Assembly: GCA_045805285.1 (NCBI GenBank) | Contig: JBJMLN010000009.1 | Span: 4,317-68,316, forward strand | Source: Actinomycetota bacterium | Lineage (GTDB): Bacteria; Actinomycetota; UBA4738; JBJMLN01 | DNA length: 64,000 nt | Direction: 5' to 3' | Shown here: in pieces, positions 20,140-31,058 of the stretch | Layout: each line of letters starts with the position of its first letter | Numbering within the stretch: the stretch's first letter is position 1 | The notes under the pieces: model-generated | What the model was told of the DNA's origin: nothing | Seen by the model: only the letters and a program-made list of their open reading frames with translations | The model's database searches: none | Made by a program: the position numbers and the translations under genes

Positions 20140-21294
20140 ATGCGCGTAGCGATCGACGCTCGCCCCGCGATCGACGCCGAGAAGACGGGCGTCGGTTGGT
20201 ACGCGTGGCATCTCCTTCATCGACTGCCCTTGGTGGATCCCGAGACGCAGTACCTCGCGTGGTACCTCCACGCGAAGGGTCTCTTCGGCCGGAAGCGGTT
20301 CTTCCCGGAGGCGGCGCGGAGGAACTTCGCGGAGTACGCATCCCGATTCCCGGCGCGGCTGTTCTCTCCGGTCGCGTCGCGTCTCCACGTTCCGAGAGTG
20401 GAGTGGCTCGCCGCGTTCGACGTCCTGTTCGCGCCGAACTTCATCCCGCCGCCGACGGAGCGACCGTTCGTCGTCACCGTGCACGACATCGCATTCACGC
20501 TCTTCCCGGAGACGGCGACGCATCTCAGCCCGCGGTGGCACGCGGGCTTCCGGGGCGGCATCGAGCGCGCCGGCCGTGTGCTCGTTCCATCGGCGGCGAC
20601 GCGCGACGACCTCGTGGAACGGTTCGCCGTCGAGAACGACCGGGTGCGTGTGATCCCGCTCGGAGTCGAGCCGGCTCGAGCAACGAACGACGCCGACGTC
20701 GAACGCGTCCGGCGCAGGTTCTCGATCGACGGCCCGTACGTGCTCTTCGTCGGCGGCATCGAGCGGCGGAAGAATCTCCCCGCGCTCGTTCGCGCCTTCG
20801 CATCGCTCCGGCAGGACCTCGGCATCTCCCTCGTCCTCGCGGGCGGAGCCGTCGCCCGAGATCCGGGCGCGAGCCGCGAGCTCGAGGCCGCGGTGCGAGC
20901 ACTTCCCGAACGCGTCGGGCGCCGCGTCGTCGCGACCGGCTACGTCTCCGAGCAGGACAAGGCGGCTCTCCTTTCCGGGGCCGAGGCCCTCATGTATCCG
21001 TCCACCTACGAGGGGTTCGGATTCCCGGTGCTGGAGGCGATGGCCGCGGGAACCCCGGTACTGACGTCGGATCGCTCGTCGCTCCCCGAGGTCGCCGGTG
21101 ATGCGGCGCTCCTCGTCGACCCCTCGAGTGAGGAGGAGATCGCCCGCGGCATCGAGCGCCTGCTGACCGACTCGGAGCTTCGCACCCGCCTGCGCGAAGC
21201 CGGCCTCGAGCGTGCGCGTTCCTTCACGTGGGACCGCACGGCGCGGGAGACCGCGGAGGCGCTTCACGCCGTGGCGGCGGAGGCCGGACGGTAG
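20140..21294 (+). CDS. GT4 glycosyltransferase
   Basis: [35 protein letters not shown] (EX7E). Confidence 0.92.
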   Translation: MRVAIDARPAIDAEKTGVGWYAWHLLHRLPLVDPETQYLAWYLHAKGLFGRKRFFPEAARRNFAEYASRFPARLFSPVASRLHVPRVEWLAAFDVLFAPNFIPPPTERPFVVTVHDIAFTLFPETATHLSPRWHAGFRGGIERAGRVLVPSAATRDDLVERFAVENDRVRVIPLGVEPARATNDADVERVRRRFSIDGPYVLFVGGIERRKNLPALVRAFASLRQDLGISLVLAGGAVARDPGASRELEAAVRALPERVGRRVVATGYVSEQDKAALLSGAEALMYPSTYEGFGFPVLEAMAAGTPVLTSDRSSLPEVAGDAALLVDPSSEEEIARGIERLLTDSELRTRLREAGLERARSFTWDRTARETAEALHAVAAEAGR

Positions 21295-21322
21295 ACTTCG
21301 CAGGTCCTGCGAGGGAGGCGAC

Positions 21323-21787
21323 GTGGCGGACCGGATCGACGGCGTGTGGGAGAAACCGCTGACCGTGCATCCCGACGAGCGCGGCCGTCTGATGGAGATC
21401 CTCCGCGCCGATGACGACGGCTTCCGGAAGTTCGGCCAGATCTACATGACGACGACGTATCCCGGTGTCGTGAAGGCGTGGCATCTCCACAAGGTGCAGG
21501 ACGACAACTTCTGCTGCGTGAAGGGCATGGTGAAGCTCGTGCTCTTCGACGGACGCGACGACTCTCCGACGCGCGGAACGCTGACGGAGTATTTCCTGGG
21601 CGACCACAACGCGATGCTCGTTCGGGTGCCCGCGGGCGTCCACCACGGATGGAAGTGTGTCTCCACCGAGGAGGCGATCGTGATCAACGCCGCGAGCGAG
21701 CCGTACAACCACGCGTCGCCGGACGAGTTCCGGATGCCGTGGGACGCCTCCGAGATCCCGTACAGCTGGGACATCGAGTTCAAGTGA
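21323..21787 (+). CDS. rmlC: dTDP-4-dehydrorhamnose 3,5-epimerase family
   Basis: DERGRLME, VKAWHLH, DGRDDSPT, VPAGVHHG cupin motifs. GGGAGG RBS before GTG. Confidence 0.88.
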   Translation: MADRIDGVWEKPLTVHPDERGRLMEILRADDDGFRKFGQIYMTTTYPGVVKAWHLHKVQDDNFCCVKGMVKLVLFDGRDDSPTRGTLTEYFLGDHNAMLVRVPAGVHHGWKCVSTEEAIVINAASEPYNHASPDEFRMPWDASEIPYSWDIEFK

Positions 21788-22785
21788 GCGGAGGACGTTC
21801 CGTCCTCGTCACGGGGGGCGCCGGCTTCATCGGGTCGCACCTGGTCGATCTCCTGCTGCTCGATCCCGACACGCGTGTGACGGTGCTCGACCGGCTCTCC
21901 ACGGGCGGCAGCCGCGTGAATCTCGAGGACCACGAACGGGACGCACGGTTCGCGTTCGTTCAGGGGGACGTCCGAGACGACGCCATCGTCCGTCCGCTGG
22001 TGGACGAGGCCGACGCCGTGATCCACGCCGCTGCGGAGGCGCACGTCGACCGCAGCGTCGACGCGCCGCTCGATTTCGTCGGAACGAACGTGCTCGGGAC
22101 CGCAGTGGTTCTCGACGCGTGCCGGGAGCACTCCACGCGGATGTTGATGCTCTCCACCGACGAGGTCTACGGGCAGGGGAGTCCCGACGGGGGAGCGTTC
22201 TCGGAGGACGACGCGCTGCGGCCGCGGAGCCCGTACGCTGCGAGCAAGGCCGGCGCGGACCTGTTGTGCGTCGCATACGCCGCGACGTACAGCGTTCCCG
22301 TAACGGTGGTGCGCGGCACCAATGCGTACGGTCCGCGACAGATCGAACGTGTCGTCCCGACGTACGCGCTCGCCGCGCTCGAGGGCCGCCCCGTTCCCGT
22401 CTACGCCGACGGGCGCGAGCGCCGGGAGTTCCTCCACGTTCGCGACTGGGTGCGCGCCGCGCTCCTCGGGCTCGACCGCGGCGTGAACGGCGAGACGTAC
22501 AACATCGGCGGCGGTTTCGAGCTCGAGAACGTGGAGCTTGCGCGGCGGATCTGCGCTCTCGCCGGTGTCGACGCTTCCGCGATCACGTACGTTGCCGACC
22601 GCCCCGGGCACGACTTCCGCTACGGCCTCGACAACGGCAAGCTCGCGGCGATGGGCTGGCGCCCGGAGATCTCTTTCGACGACGGTCTCGCCGAGACCGT
22701 TGCGTGGTACCGGACGCACGCGGATCGGCTGCGCGCAGCGCACGCCGGTCCGGTCGTCACCGAGCCGAGGGCCGCCGGGGCGTGA
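21784..22785 (+). CDS. rmlB: dTDP-glucose 4,6-dehydratase
   Basis: [37 protein letters not shown]. Confidence 0.93.
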   Translation: MSGGRSVLVTGGAGFIGSHLVDLLLLDPDTRVTVLDRLSTGGSRVNLEDHERDARFAFVQGDVRDDAIVRPLVDEADAVIHAAAEAHVDRSVDAPLDFVGTNVLGTAVVLDACREHSTRMLMLSTDEVYGQGSPDGGAFSEDDALRPRSPYAASKAGADLLCVAYAATYSVPVTVVRGTNAYGPRQIERVVPTYALAALEGRPVPVYADGRERREFLHVRDWVRAALLGLDRGVNGETYNIGGGFELENVELARRICALAGVDASAITYVADRPGHDFRYGLDNGKLAAMGWRPEISFDDGLAETVAWYRTHADRLRAAHAGPVVTEPRAAGA

Positions 22786-22798
22786 GGCCCGCGCGCAC

Positions 22799-23632
22799 AT
22801 GAAGCTCCTCGTTACGGGCGCTCGAGGAGGAGTCGGCCGTGCGTTCCTCGCATCGCTCCCTCCGCACCATCGCGTCGACGCGTTCGACCACGACGAGCTC
22901 GACATCGGCGACCACTCGGCCGTCATGTCCGCGGTCCTCGACGCGGAGCCCGACGCCGTCGTGAACCTCGCCGCATTCACCCGCGTCGACGCATGCGAGT
23001 CAGACGAGGAGGCCGCGTTCCGCGTGAACGCCCTCGGGCCGCAGAGCCTCTCGCTCTCGGCACGCGAGGTCGGTGCGGTGTTGCTGCACGTCTCCACCGA
23101 CTATGTGTTCGACGGCGAGAAGGACGCGCCCTACGACGAGCTGGACGAGCCGCGCCCGATCTCGGTCTACGGCCGGAGCAAGCTGGCAGGAGAGCGGCTC
23201 GTCCGCGAGGTTCTCGCGGAGCACTTCATCGTCCGCACGGGCCACCTGTTCGGCAGCGGCACGGACCACCTCTCCCGGTCGGTCGAGGCCCTGCGCCGCG
23301 GAGAGACCGCCGGCGGCCTCGTCGACCGGGTCGGAACGCCGACTTCCGTGACAGAGCTCGCGGCACGATTGGTCCCGCTGCTGCTGACCCGGCGGTTCGG
23401 GACTTACCACCTGAGTGGGCCCGAGGCAGCGAGCTGGTTCGAGGTCCTCTCCCGGGCCAAGGAGCTCGGAGGACTTCCGGGCCGGGTGGAGGAGCAGCGC
23501 GCCGCCGACCTCGGGCTTCCGGCTCCGCGCCCGCGGAACGCCGCCCTCCGAAGCCTCTACGCGAGCGGGATCGGCATCGAGCCCATGCCCTCGCTCGACC
23601 TCTCCCTCAAGGACCTCCTCGAGCGCCGGTAG
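22799..23632 (+). CDS. rmlD: dTDP-4-dehydrorhamnose reductase
   Basis: [34 protein letters not shown]. Confidence 0.92.
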   Translation: MKLLVTGARGGVGRAFLASLPPHHRVDAFDHDELDIGDHSAVMSAVLDAEPDAVVNLAAFTRVDACESDEEAAFRVNALGPQSLSLSAREVGAVLLHVSTDYVFDGEKDAPYDELDEPRPISVYGRSKLAGERLVREVLAEHFIVRTGHLFGSGTDHLSRSVEALRRGETAGGLVDRVGTPTSVTELAARLVPLLLTRRFGTYHLSGPEAASWFEVLSRAKELGGLPGRVEEQRAADLGLPAPRPRNAALRSLYASGIGIEPMPSLDLSLKDLLERR

Positions 23633-23645
23633 ACTCGCCCGCATC

Positions 23646-24086
23646 ATGGGTGAGGAACGCTCCTCCGGGAGCCTCGACGACGCAGGCTGGGCCGACGACG
23701 CGCTCGAGCGGGAGCTCTACTGGGCGGAGCAGCGCACGACGCGAGGGCCGACCGTTCACACGATCGCGGAGCTCCGGGAGGCCCTCCGTGAGTTCGAGGC
23801 GCTCATGCTCGACGACGAGAAGGCGATGTTCCCCCGCGCGGAGCCGAACCTCGCCGCCGGCTCGAAGTCGCGCCGGGCGCTGAAGCTCCGGGTCTACCGG
23901 TTCCTCCGTCCGGTCACGCGGCGCTACGACCGCCTGATCGCCGAGCTCGCGGGCCTCACGCTCTCCCTCGCCGAGCGCCTCCGGGAGACCGAGGCGGAGC
24001 TCGGGCGCCTGCGGGCCGCAACCGGTCGCGCCGCGCCGACTGCGGACGAGCCCGCCGGCCGATCCACCGAACCGGAGCCGCGCTGA
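23646..24086 (+). CDS. Hypothetical helical/coiled-coil protein
   Basis: 146 aa, GC3-biased. Stop overlaps the start of the next GT (TGATG). No family recognised. Confidence 0.65.
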   Translation: MGEERSSGSLDDAGWADDALERELYWAEQRTTRGPTVHTIAELREALREFEALMLDDEKAMFPRAEPNLAAGSKSRRALKLRVYRFLRPVTRRYDRLIAELAGLTLSLAERLRETEAELGRLRAATGRAAPTADEPAGRSTEPEPR

Positions 24087-25135
24087 TGCGCATCGCGGTC
24101 TGCCATCCGCAGACGGCGTTCGTCCGCGGGGGCGCGGAGACGCACACGAACGCGCTCGTTCGCGCGCTCAACGAGGCCGGCCACGAGGCGGAGGTGGTCT
24201 CTGTCGCGGGGAAGTGGTATCCGGCGACCGAGATCGTCCATCAGATGGCGGTGTGGCGGAGCATCGACCTCACGGAGTCGAACGGCCTCCCGATCGACAT
24301 GGTGATCGCGCTGAAGTTCCCCGCCTATCTCGTCAAGCACGAACGGATGGTCGTCTGGCTCATCCATCAACACCGCTCCGCGTACGAGCTGTGGGATCAC
24401 CCCGTCTACGCGGACCTCTCGAAGCAGGACGAGGGGCCGGCGGTTCGCGACATGATCTGGCAGGCCGACCGCATCGCGCTCGGCGAGGCGAAGCGCGTCT
24501 TCACGAACTCGATCAACGTCCGCGACCGGCTGTACAACAGCACCGGGCTTCCGTCCGAGGCGCTGTACCACCCGTCCCCGCTGACGGAGATGCTGCTGCG
24601 CACCGAGGCGCGCGACCTCGGCGACTACATCCTGTTCCCGAGCCGCCTCGAAGGTCTGAAGCGCCAGACGCTCGTCGTCGAGGCGATGCGGCACGTGCGC
24701 TCCGACGTGCGCCTCGTCCTCGTCGGAAGTGGTCCGGACGAGCCGGCGCTCCGGCGCCAGATCTCCAAGGCGGGACTCTCGAGCCGCATCTCGATCGAGG
24801 TCGCGGTGTCGGACGAGCGCCTGGTCGACCTCTACGACAATGCGCTCGGCGTCTACTACGGGCCGTACGATGAGGACTACGGCTACGTGACGCTCGAGGG
24901 GATGGCCGCGAGGCGTCCGATCGTGACGCTCACCGACGCCGGAGGACCGCTCGAGTTCGTCGCCAACGGCGAGACCGGCCTCGTCGCGCCTCCCGAGCCG
25001 GCGGAGATCGCCGCCGCATTCGACCGGCTCGCCAAGGACCGCGCGCTCGCGAAGCGCCTCGGGAACGCGGGCTCGGAGAAGCTCTCCGCATCGATGCCGA
25101 CCTGGCCGGAGATCGTCGCACGCCTCGTCGACTGA
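24086..25135 (+). CDS. GT4 glycosyltransferase
   Basis: FVRGGAE, WLIHQHR, KRQ, DEDYGYVTLE (EX7E). Confidence 0.9.
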   Translation: MRIAVCHPQTAFVRGGAETHTNALVRALNEAGHEAEVVSVAGKWYPATEIVHQMAVWRSIDLTESNGLPIDMVIALKFPAYLVKHERMVVWLIHQHRSAYELWDHPVYADLSKQDEGPAVRDMIWQADRIALGEAKRVFTNSINVRDRLYNSTGLPSEALYHPSPLTEMLLRTEARDLGDYILFPSRLEGLKRQTLVVEAMRHVRSDVRLVLVGSGPDEPALRRQISKAGLSSRISIEVAVSDERLVDLYDNALGVYYGPYDEDYGYVTLEGMAARRPIVTLTDAGGPLEFVANGETGLVAPPEPAEIAAAFDRLAKDRALAKRLGNAGSEKLSASMPTWPEIVARLVD

Positions 25136-25191
25136 TCCTCTCGCGGGCCGCCCGGCTGCGGGCGAAGGCCCTCTCGCGCAAGGTCACGCGG

Positions 25192-26454
25192 ATGGCCTAT
25201 CTGTCGCCGATGCCGCCCGCCAGGACCGGCATCGCGACGTACTCGCGCGCCGTCCTCGCCGGGCTGCACCGGACGGGGTTCGACAAGCGCAACGACATCG
25301 ACGTGCTCTGGCCGTTGAAGCGCCGATACGAGGCCACGCTTCCCTGGTACGACATCGGGATCTATCACCTCGGCAACAACGTGGAGTTCCACCGCGACAT
25401 CTACCGGCACTGCATCCAGACGCCGGGGCTCGTGGTCCTCCACGACATCGCGCTCGACGACTTCGTCCGCGGGATGCTCGCCGTCGGAGATCCGCTCGGC
25501 TTCGCGGCGCATCGGGAGGCGATCCAGCTCAAGGGCCGCATGACGTCCCGCGACGTGATCTCCAACGAGCCGCTGCGGATCCCGTGGTGCGCGCACGCCG
25601 TCCGGAGATCCCGCGGCGTGATTGTGCACTCGGAGTTCGGCAGGCGCTATCTGGAGGAGTTCGGTTGCAGGACGCCGGTCTTCGTCGTTCCGCATCCACC
25701 GGTCTGGACCGAGGCAGCCCTCCGTCGCGCCGAGGCCGCCGCGCCGCGATACCGCGCGGAGATGCCGCGCGATGCCGTCGTCGTCGGCGTGTTCGGCGAC
25801 CTCAACGCGTCGAGGGGCATCGAGGCGATCCTCGAGGCCGTCGGAAAGATCGAGACGCCCGTGCACGTCCAGCTCGTCGGCCGCCGGATCGAGGGCTACG
25901 ACATCGACGCGGTGATCGAGCGGAGCGGGCGCAGCGCCATCACGACGCTCGCCACCGACGTCGAGGAGGCGGAGTTCCAGGCGCGGATGTTCGCGGCCGA
26001 CGTCGTGGTGAACCTGCGCTTTCCGCACCGGGGAGAGGTGAGCGGCGCGCTGACGAGCGCGTTGCAGGCCGGCCGCGCGACCGTCGTGAGCGCCACCGGC
26101 ACATATCTCGACGTTCCGGACGACGTCGTGCGACGGATCGACGGAGGACCACCTCGGGCGAGCGAGCTGGTGCGCGTCCTCGGCGACCTCGCTGCGAACG
26201 AGCCCGCGCGGAACGCGCTCGGCGCTCGCGCGCGGGAGCACATGCGCGATCTGGCGCGTTCGGAGGCGACCGCGCGCGGCTACGAGCGCGCGATCACCGA
26301 GACCCTCGGGCTCCTCCAGGACCCGGCGCGCCAAGCGCTCGCCCGGTGGGCGGGAGCGCTGCTCGACTGCGGCGTGTCGGAGGAGGAGATGCAGGAGGGC
26401 TTCGGCCTGTCCTACATCCAGGCGCTCAGCACCTTCGCGCGGTCGGTCGGATAG
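25192..26454 (+). CDS. GT-B glycosyltransferase-like protein
   Basis: SPMPPARTGIATYS, YHLGNN..H, VLHD, NLRFPHRGEVSG; the type seen in ABC-exported glycan loci. Confidence 0.8.
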   Translation: MAYLSPMPPARTGIATYSRAVLAGLHRTGFDKRNDIDVLWPLKRRYEATLPWYDIGIYHLGNNVEFHRDIYRHCIQTPGLVVLHDIALDDFVRGMLAVGDPLGFAAHREAIQLKGRMTSRDVISNEPLRIPWCAHAVRRSRGVIVHSEFGRRYLEEFGCRTPVFVVPHPPVWTEAALRRAEAAAPRYRAEMPRDAVVVGVFGDLNASRGIEAILEAVGKIETPVHVQLVGRRIEGYDIDAVIERSGRSAITTLATDVEEAEFQARMFAADVVVNLRFPHRGEVSGALTSALQAGRATVVSATGTYLDVPDDVVRRIDGGPPRASELVRVLGDLAANEPARNALGARAREHMRDLARSEATARGYERAITETLGLLQDPARQALARWAGALLDCGVSEEEMQEGFGLSYIQALSTFARSVG

Positions 26455-26527
26455 CGGGAGAACCGGGAAAGCGCCTTGTTAGACTCCATCCACTTCCGGC
26501 GCCGTCCGGCGTGATCCGAGGGTAACC

Positions 26528-27445
26528 GTGGCCACTGCCGACTCCGACGTGATCGTCCGAAGCTCCGAGCCGCCTCAGCTCCATTGGCGATCGCGGCTGC
26601 GGGATCTTCGTCGTTTCCGCGAGGTCCTGCTGAACATCATACGCAAGGAGCTGAAGGTGAAGTACACGTCGTCGGTGTTCGGCGCCGTGTGGTCGATGGT
26701 CAATCCACTCGTGTTCCTCGGTGTGTTCTGGCTGGTGTTCACGATCGTTCTCGCCACCCCCGTTCCGAACTTTCCCGTCTACTTGCTGTCCGGCTTGCTC
26801 GCGTGGAACCTGTACTCGACGTCGGTCTCGAGCGCCGTCCGTTCAGTGATCGACAATGCGAACCTCGTCAAGAAGGTGTACTTCCCGCGCGAGGTCCTTC
26901 CGCTCGCGTCGATCGGCTCCGCGCTCGTCGACTTCGCGCTCCAGGGGGCCGTGCTGATCCTGTTCATGCTCGCGTTCCGCTACCCGATCCATCCCGAGAA
27001 CCTCGTGCTGCTCCCGGTGGCGATCGTTGCGCTGCTGTTGTTCACGTGCGCGATGTCGCTGCTGGTCGCCGCGATCAACGTCCACTACCGCGACACACAG
27101 CACCTCCTCGCGCTGCTACTGCTCGTGTGGTTCTGGTTCACGCCGGTCGTGTATCCGAGCGGCTACGTCCAGCAGGAGACGAGCAAGCGCGCGATCCTCG
27201 GAGTCAATCTCTGGCACATCTACCTGCTGAACCCCTTGGCCGACATCATGTACGGCTTCCAGCGCGCGCTGTACGGCGTCGCGACCCCCCTCGTGAACGG
27301 CGTGCCGAAACAGATCCTCGTCGACGAGAGCGTCGCGTGGATCCTCGGGCTGCTCCTCGCCGTGTGCGTCGGATCCATCGGGTTGCTATACCTCACCTGG
27401 AAACTGTTCTTCCGGATGTCCGGCGACTTCGCCGAGGAGCTCTGA
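26528..27445 (+). CDS. wzm: ABC-2 polysaccharide exporter permease
   Basis: ELKVKY.SS.G..WS..NPL, LVKKVYFPRE, YRD, TPVVYP, LNPL; multi-TM. Confidence 0.92.
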   Translation: MATADSDVIVRSSEPPQLHWRSRLRDLRRFREVLLNIIRKELKVKYTSSVFGAVWSMVNPLVFLGVFWLVFTIVLATPVPNFPVYLLSGLLAWNLYSTSVSSAVRSVIDNANLVKKVYFPREVLPLASIGSALVDFALQGAVLILFMLAFRYPIHPENLVLLPVAIVALLLFTCAMSLLVAAINVHYRDTQHLLALLLLVWFWFTPVVYPSGYVQQETSKRAILGVNLWHIYLLNPLADIMYGFQRALYGVATPLVNGVPKQILVDESVAWILGLLLAVCVGSIGLLYLTWKLFFRMSGDFAEEL

Positions 27446-27446
27446 C

Positions 27447-28625
27447 GTGGCGACGCCCTCGGTGGAGATCCGCGACGTCAGCAAGAAGTTCCGGCTCTAC
27501 AAGGAGAAGCCGAGCTCGCTCAAAGCCCGGCTGATCAGCGCGCGGATGCGCGCCGAGGATTTCTGGGCGCTCCGCGACGTGAGCTTCGACATCGAGCCCG
27601 GAGAGTCGGTCGGCCTGATCGGTCCGAACGGCTCCGGAAAGACGACGCTGCTGAAGATGATCGCCGGGATCCTGCGCCCGACCTCCGGGAGCGTGATCAC
27701 GCGCGGGCGGATCGCGGCCCTCCTCGAGCTCGGCGCAGGGTTCCATCCGGAGCTCACCGGTCGGGAGAACGTCTACCTGAACGCCGCCTTCCTCGGCCTC
27801 TCGCGCAAGGAGACCGACGCGGTCTACGACGACATCGTCGCGTTCGCAGAGCTCGAGGACTTCATGGACAACCAGGTGAAGTTCTACTCCTCGGGCATGC
27901 TCGTCCGCCTCGGATTCGCGGTCGCCGTGCACGTCGACCCGGCGACGCTCCTGGTCGACGAGGTGCTCGCGGTCGGCGACGAAGCGTTCCAGCACAAGTG
28001 TCTCGACCGGATCCGTCGGTTCCAGCGCGACGGACGCACGATCATCTTCGTGACGCATGCCGTCGACCTCGTTCGCCAGATCTGCGACCGCGCCGTGATG
28101 CTCGACCACGGCTCGATCCATTCGCAGGGCGTGCCGGACCAGGTCGTTCGCGACTTCCGTCTCGTGATGCTCCAGCACGACCTCGACTACGCGACCGACG
28201 AAGGCACGAAGGAGATCGAGATCGTCTCCGCCGAGCTCGTCGGTGGCGACGGCGCGAGCGCATCGGTGATCCGTCCCGGGGAGGAGCTCACGATCGTCGT
28301 CGACCTCCGCTCGGTGACGCCGGTCGCGGACCCGGTGCTCTCCTTCGCGCTCCACGACCAGGACAACCGGTTCGTGTTCGGCTCCAACACCGACGAGCAC
28401 GGTGTGGATCTGAGCGGGCTGGAGGGGAAGCGCCGGGTACGCTTCCGGCTCCGCAACGTCCCGTTCGTGAGCGGGAGGTACTGGGTGACGCTCGGCGTGC
28501 ACTCGCGCGACTCGAGCCGGGTCTACCACGTGCAGGAGCAGCGCTACCGGTTCGAGGTGAGCGTCGGGGAGGCGACCGCCGGTCAGGTGTTCATCCCGGT
28601 GGACGTCGAGGTCGAGGAGCTCTAG
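27447..28625 (+). CDS. wzt: ABC polysaccharide exporter ATPase with C-terminal carbohydrate-binding domain
   Basis: GPNGSGKT, GAGFHPELTGRENV, YSSGM, VDEVLAVGD, plus about 150-aa beta-rich Wzt_C extension. Confidence 0.93.
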   Translation: MATPSVEIRDVSKKFRLYKEKPSSLKARLISARMRAEDFWALRDVSFDIEPGESVGLIGPNGSGKTTLLKMIAGILRPTSGSVITRGRIAALLELGAGFHPELTGRENVYLNAAFLGLSRKETDAVYDDIVAFAELEDFMDNQVKFYSSGMLVRLGFAVAVHVDPATLLVDEVLAVGDEAFQHKCLDRIRRFQRDGRTIIFVTHAVDLVRQICDRAVMLDHGSIHSQGVPDQVVRDFRLVMLQHDLDYATDEGTKEIEIVSAELVGGDGASASVIRPGEELTIVVDLRSVTPVADPVLSFALHDQDNRFVFGSNTDEHGVDLSGLEGKRRVRFRLRNVPFVSGRYWVTLGVHSRDSSRVYHVQEQRYRFEVSVGEATAGQVFIPVDVEVEEL

Positions 28626-28627
28626 CC

Positions 28628-29089
28628 GTGGCGCCCGATCCGATCGTGCAGCCGGACGACGCGATGGAGCGGACCGCGGCCGCCGCCGCCGCCGCCGAGG
28701 AGGGACACAAGACGATGTTGATCGGACTCATCCTGGTTTCCGTCACGCTCGCGGCGGGGGCGCAGCTCACGCTCAAGCACGGCGTCAACCTCGCGTTCCC
28801 GCCGCCGGCGACGTTCAAGCTCGACGGCGCGTCGATCAAGAACATGCTCGGGACGCCCGTCGTCTGGGTCGGCATCGTGCTGTTCGCGTGCTCCGCGGTC
28901 GCCTGGGTCGCGGTCCTGTCGCGCACGTCGCTGTCGTTCGCGTACCCGTTCGTGTCGCTGACCTACGTCTTCATCATCGCCGTCGATCGGTTCGTGCTGC
29001 ACGAGTCGGTGCCGGCGCTCCGCTGGGCGGGAGTGGCGTTCATCGTCACCGGGATCGTCCTCGTTTCCCGGACGCCGCACAACGCGTAG
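28628..29089 (+). CDS. SMR/EamA (ArnE/F-like) small membrane transporter or flippase
   Basis: Four TM helices, AGAQLTLK.G, LSFAYP, HESV...WAGV. Start uncertain. Confidence 0.75.
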   Translation: MAPDPIVQPDDAMERTAAAAAAAEEGHKTMLIGLILVSVTLAAGAQLTLKHGVNLAFPPPATFKLDGASIKNMLGTPVVWVGIVLFACSAVAWVAVLSRTSLSFAYPFVSLTYVFIIAVDRFVLHESVPALRWAGVAFIVTGIVLVSRTPHNA

Positions 29090-29974
29090 ATGGCCGGCAC
29101 GCGCTCCGATCTCTCCGTCGTCATCGTCAACTACAACGCGGGCGACTATCTCCCGCGGTGCGTCGCATCGGTCTTCGTCGCGTCGAGCGGCATCGACGTC
29201 GACGTGCTCGTCGTCGACAACGCCTCGCACGACGGGAGCGCGGCCGCCGCAGCGGCTGCGGAGCCGCGGACGCGCCTGATCGAGAACGCGGAGAACCGCG
29301 GCCTCTCCGCGGCGTGGAACCAGGGAGCGCGGGAGACCTCGGGGCCGTGGATCCTGTTCCTGAACCCCGACGCGGAGATCTCGGCCGGGGAGCTTTCCAC
29401 GTTCCTGAAGGTGGCGGGGGGGCGGCCCGACGTCGCGGTCGTCGGCCCGTTGATCCGCAACCCCGACGGCTCGATCTACGAAAGCGGCCGCGTGTTCCCC
29501 ACGGTCGCGCAGGCGGTCGGGCACGCGTTCCTCGGTCCGTTCCGCCAGGACAACCGGTTCAGCCGCGCGTATCGCCAGACCGACTGGGACCGCCGCTCCG
29601 AGCGCGAGGTCGACTGGGTGAGCGGCGCGGCGATGCTCGTGCGCCGCTCGGCGTTCGAGGAGGTCGGCCGTTTCGACGAGGGCTTCTGGCTCTACGGGGA
29701 GGAGCTCGACCTCTCCACGCGGCTGCGCGACGTCGGGTGGAGCGTCCTGTTCTCCCCGGAGCTCGAGGTCGTGCACGAGGGCGCCGTCTCCACCGGGCGG
29801 TCGCGAAGGATGGCGGTCATGCACTCGATGAGCATCTATCGCTATTACACGAAGCACCGGGCGCGCGGATGGCGCCGCGTGCTGCTTCCGTTCGCGTGGA
29901 TCGCTCTCCGGGCTCGAGCGGAGCTCGTCGCGTTCCGACAGCGCCGCGCCGCGGGCGGCCGGAGCGCCGCGTGA
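29090..29974 (+). CDS. GT2 glycosyltransferase, WbbL-like rhamnosyltransferase
   Basis: VIVNYN, VVDNAS.DGS, FLNPD, DWVSGAAM, FDEGFWLYGEELD. Followed by a mannose-1-P guanylyltransferase as in actinobacterial loci. Confidence 0.88.
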   Translation: MAGTRSDLSVVIVNYNAGDYLPRCVASVFVASSGIDVDVLVVDNASHDGSAAAAAAAEPRTRLIENAENRGLSAAWNQGARETSGPWILFLNPDAEISAGELSTFLKVAGGRPDVAVVGPLIRNPDGSIYESGRVFPTVAQAVGHAFLGPFRQDNRFSRAYRQTDWDRRSEREVDWVSGAAMLVRRSAFEEVGRFDEGFWLYGEELDLSTRLRDVGWSVLFSPELEVVHEGAVSTGRSRRMAVMHSMSIYRYYTKHRARGWRRVLLPFAWIALRARAELVAFRQRRAAGGRSAA

Positions 29975-29990
29975 CCGGAGGGGGGCTCCG

Positions 29991-31013
29991 GTGAAGGCGG
30001 TCGTCCTCGTCGGCGGAGAGGGAACGCGCATGCGGCCGCTCACGGAAACGATCCCGAAGCCGCTGCTGCCGCTCGTCAACCGGCCATTCCTCTCGGAGGT
30101 GCTCGACCGGCTCGCGGAGCACGATGTCGACGAGGTGGTCCTCAGCTCTCCGTATCTGGAGGAGACGTTCCGGCCGTTCATCGACTCTCGCGAGGGGAGC
30201 GCGCCGCGGATCACCTGGATCACCGAGACGGAGCCGCTCGACACCGCGGGCGCGATCGTGAACGCGCTTCCGCTCCTCGGCGAGGAGGCGTTCTTCGTCC
30301 TGAACGGCGATATCCTCACCGACCTCGACTTCACGGCCCTGCTTCGATTCCACCGTGCGCGCGGCTCCGCGGCGACGATCACGCTCTCGCACGTGGAGGA
30401 CGCTCGCGCGTTCGGCCTCGTGACGACCGACGGCGACGCGCGCGTTCGGGAGTTCCGCGAGAAGCCCGCGGATCCGATCGCAGGAGACGTCAACAGCGGC
30501 ACGTACGTGTTGGAGCCCTCTGCGCTTGCCGCGTGGGAACGAGGGCAGCGCGTCAACATCGAGCGGGAGGTCTTTCCGGCCCTGATCGAGCGCGACGTCC
30601 CCGTCTACGGGTTCCTCTCCGAGGCCTACTGGATGGACCTCGGAACGCCGGAGAAGTACCTGCGCGCGCACTTCGACCTCCTGGAGGGGCGGCTGGCGGG
30701 CCGCCGCTACGACGCGCCCCTCGTGCCGGACGACGCGCGCGTCGACGACTCCGCACGGATCGGCACCCGCGTGGTGCTCGCGCCCGGCGGCGTCGTGGAG
30801 GAGGACGCTTGGGTGGAGGACTCGGTGCTCCACGCGGGCGCCGTCGTGGAGCGGAACGCGACGGTGTCGGCGTCGATCCTCGGGCCCGGGAGCCGGGTGG
30901 GCGCCGACGCGATCGTCGAAGGCGTCGTGCTCGCGGAGGGCGCGGAGATCGCCGAGGGGGCCCGCGCGGAGGGCCAGAAGGTCGGTCCGGGGGAGCGGTT
31001 CTCCGGCAGCTGA
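29991..31013 (+). CDS. NDP-sugar synthase (mannose-1-phosphate guanylyltransferase-like)
   Basis: LVGGEGTRMRPLT..PKPL, VLNGD, FREKP, YWMDLGTP, hexapeptide tail. Confidence 0.88.
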   Translation: MKAVVLVGGEGTRMRPLTETIPKPLLPLVNRPFLSEVLDRLAEHDVDEVVLSSPYLEETFRPFIDSREGSAPRITWITETEPLDTAGAIVNALPLLGEEAFFVLNGDILTDLDFTALLRFHRARGSAATITLSHVEDARAFGLVTTDGDARVREFREKPADPIAGDVNSGTYVLEPSALAAWERGQRVNIEREVFPALIERDVPVYGFLSEAYWMDLGTPEKYLRAHFDLLEGRLAGRRYDAPLVPDDARVDDSARIGTRVVLAPGGVVEEDAWVEDSVLHAGAVVERNATVSASILGPGSRVGADAIVEGVVLAEGAEIAEGARAEGQKVGPGERFSGS

Positions 31014-31058
31014 AGGCCGTTCCTCAAGACTCCGGCACGCACGGTCGATGGAGATGCC

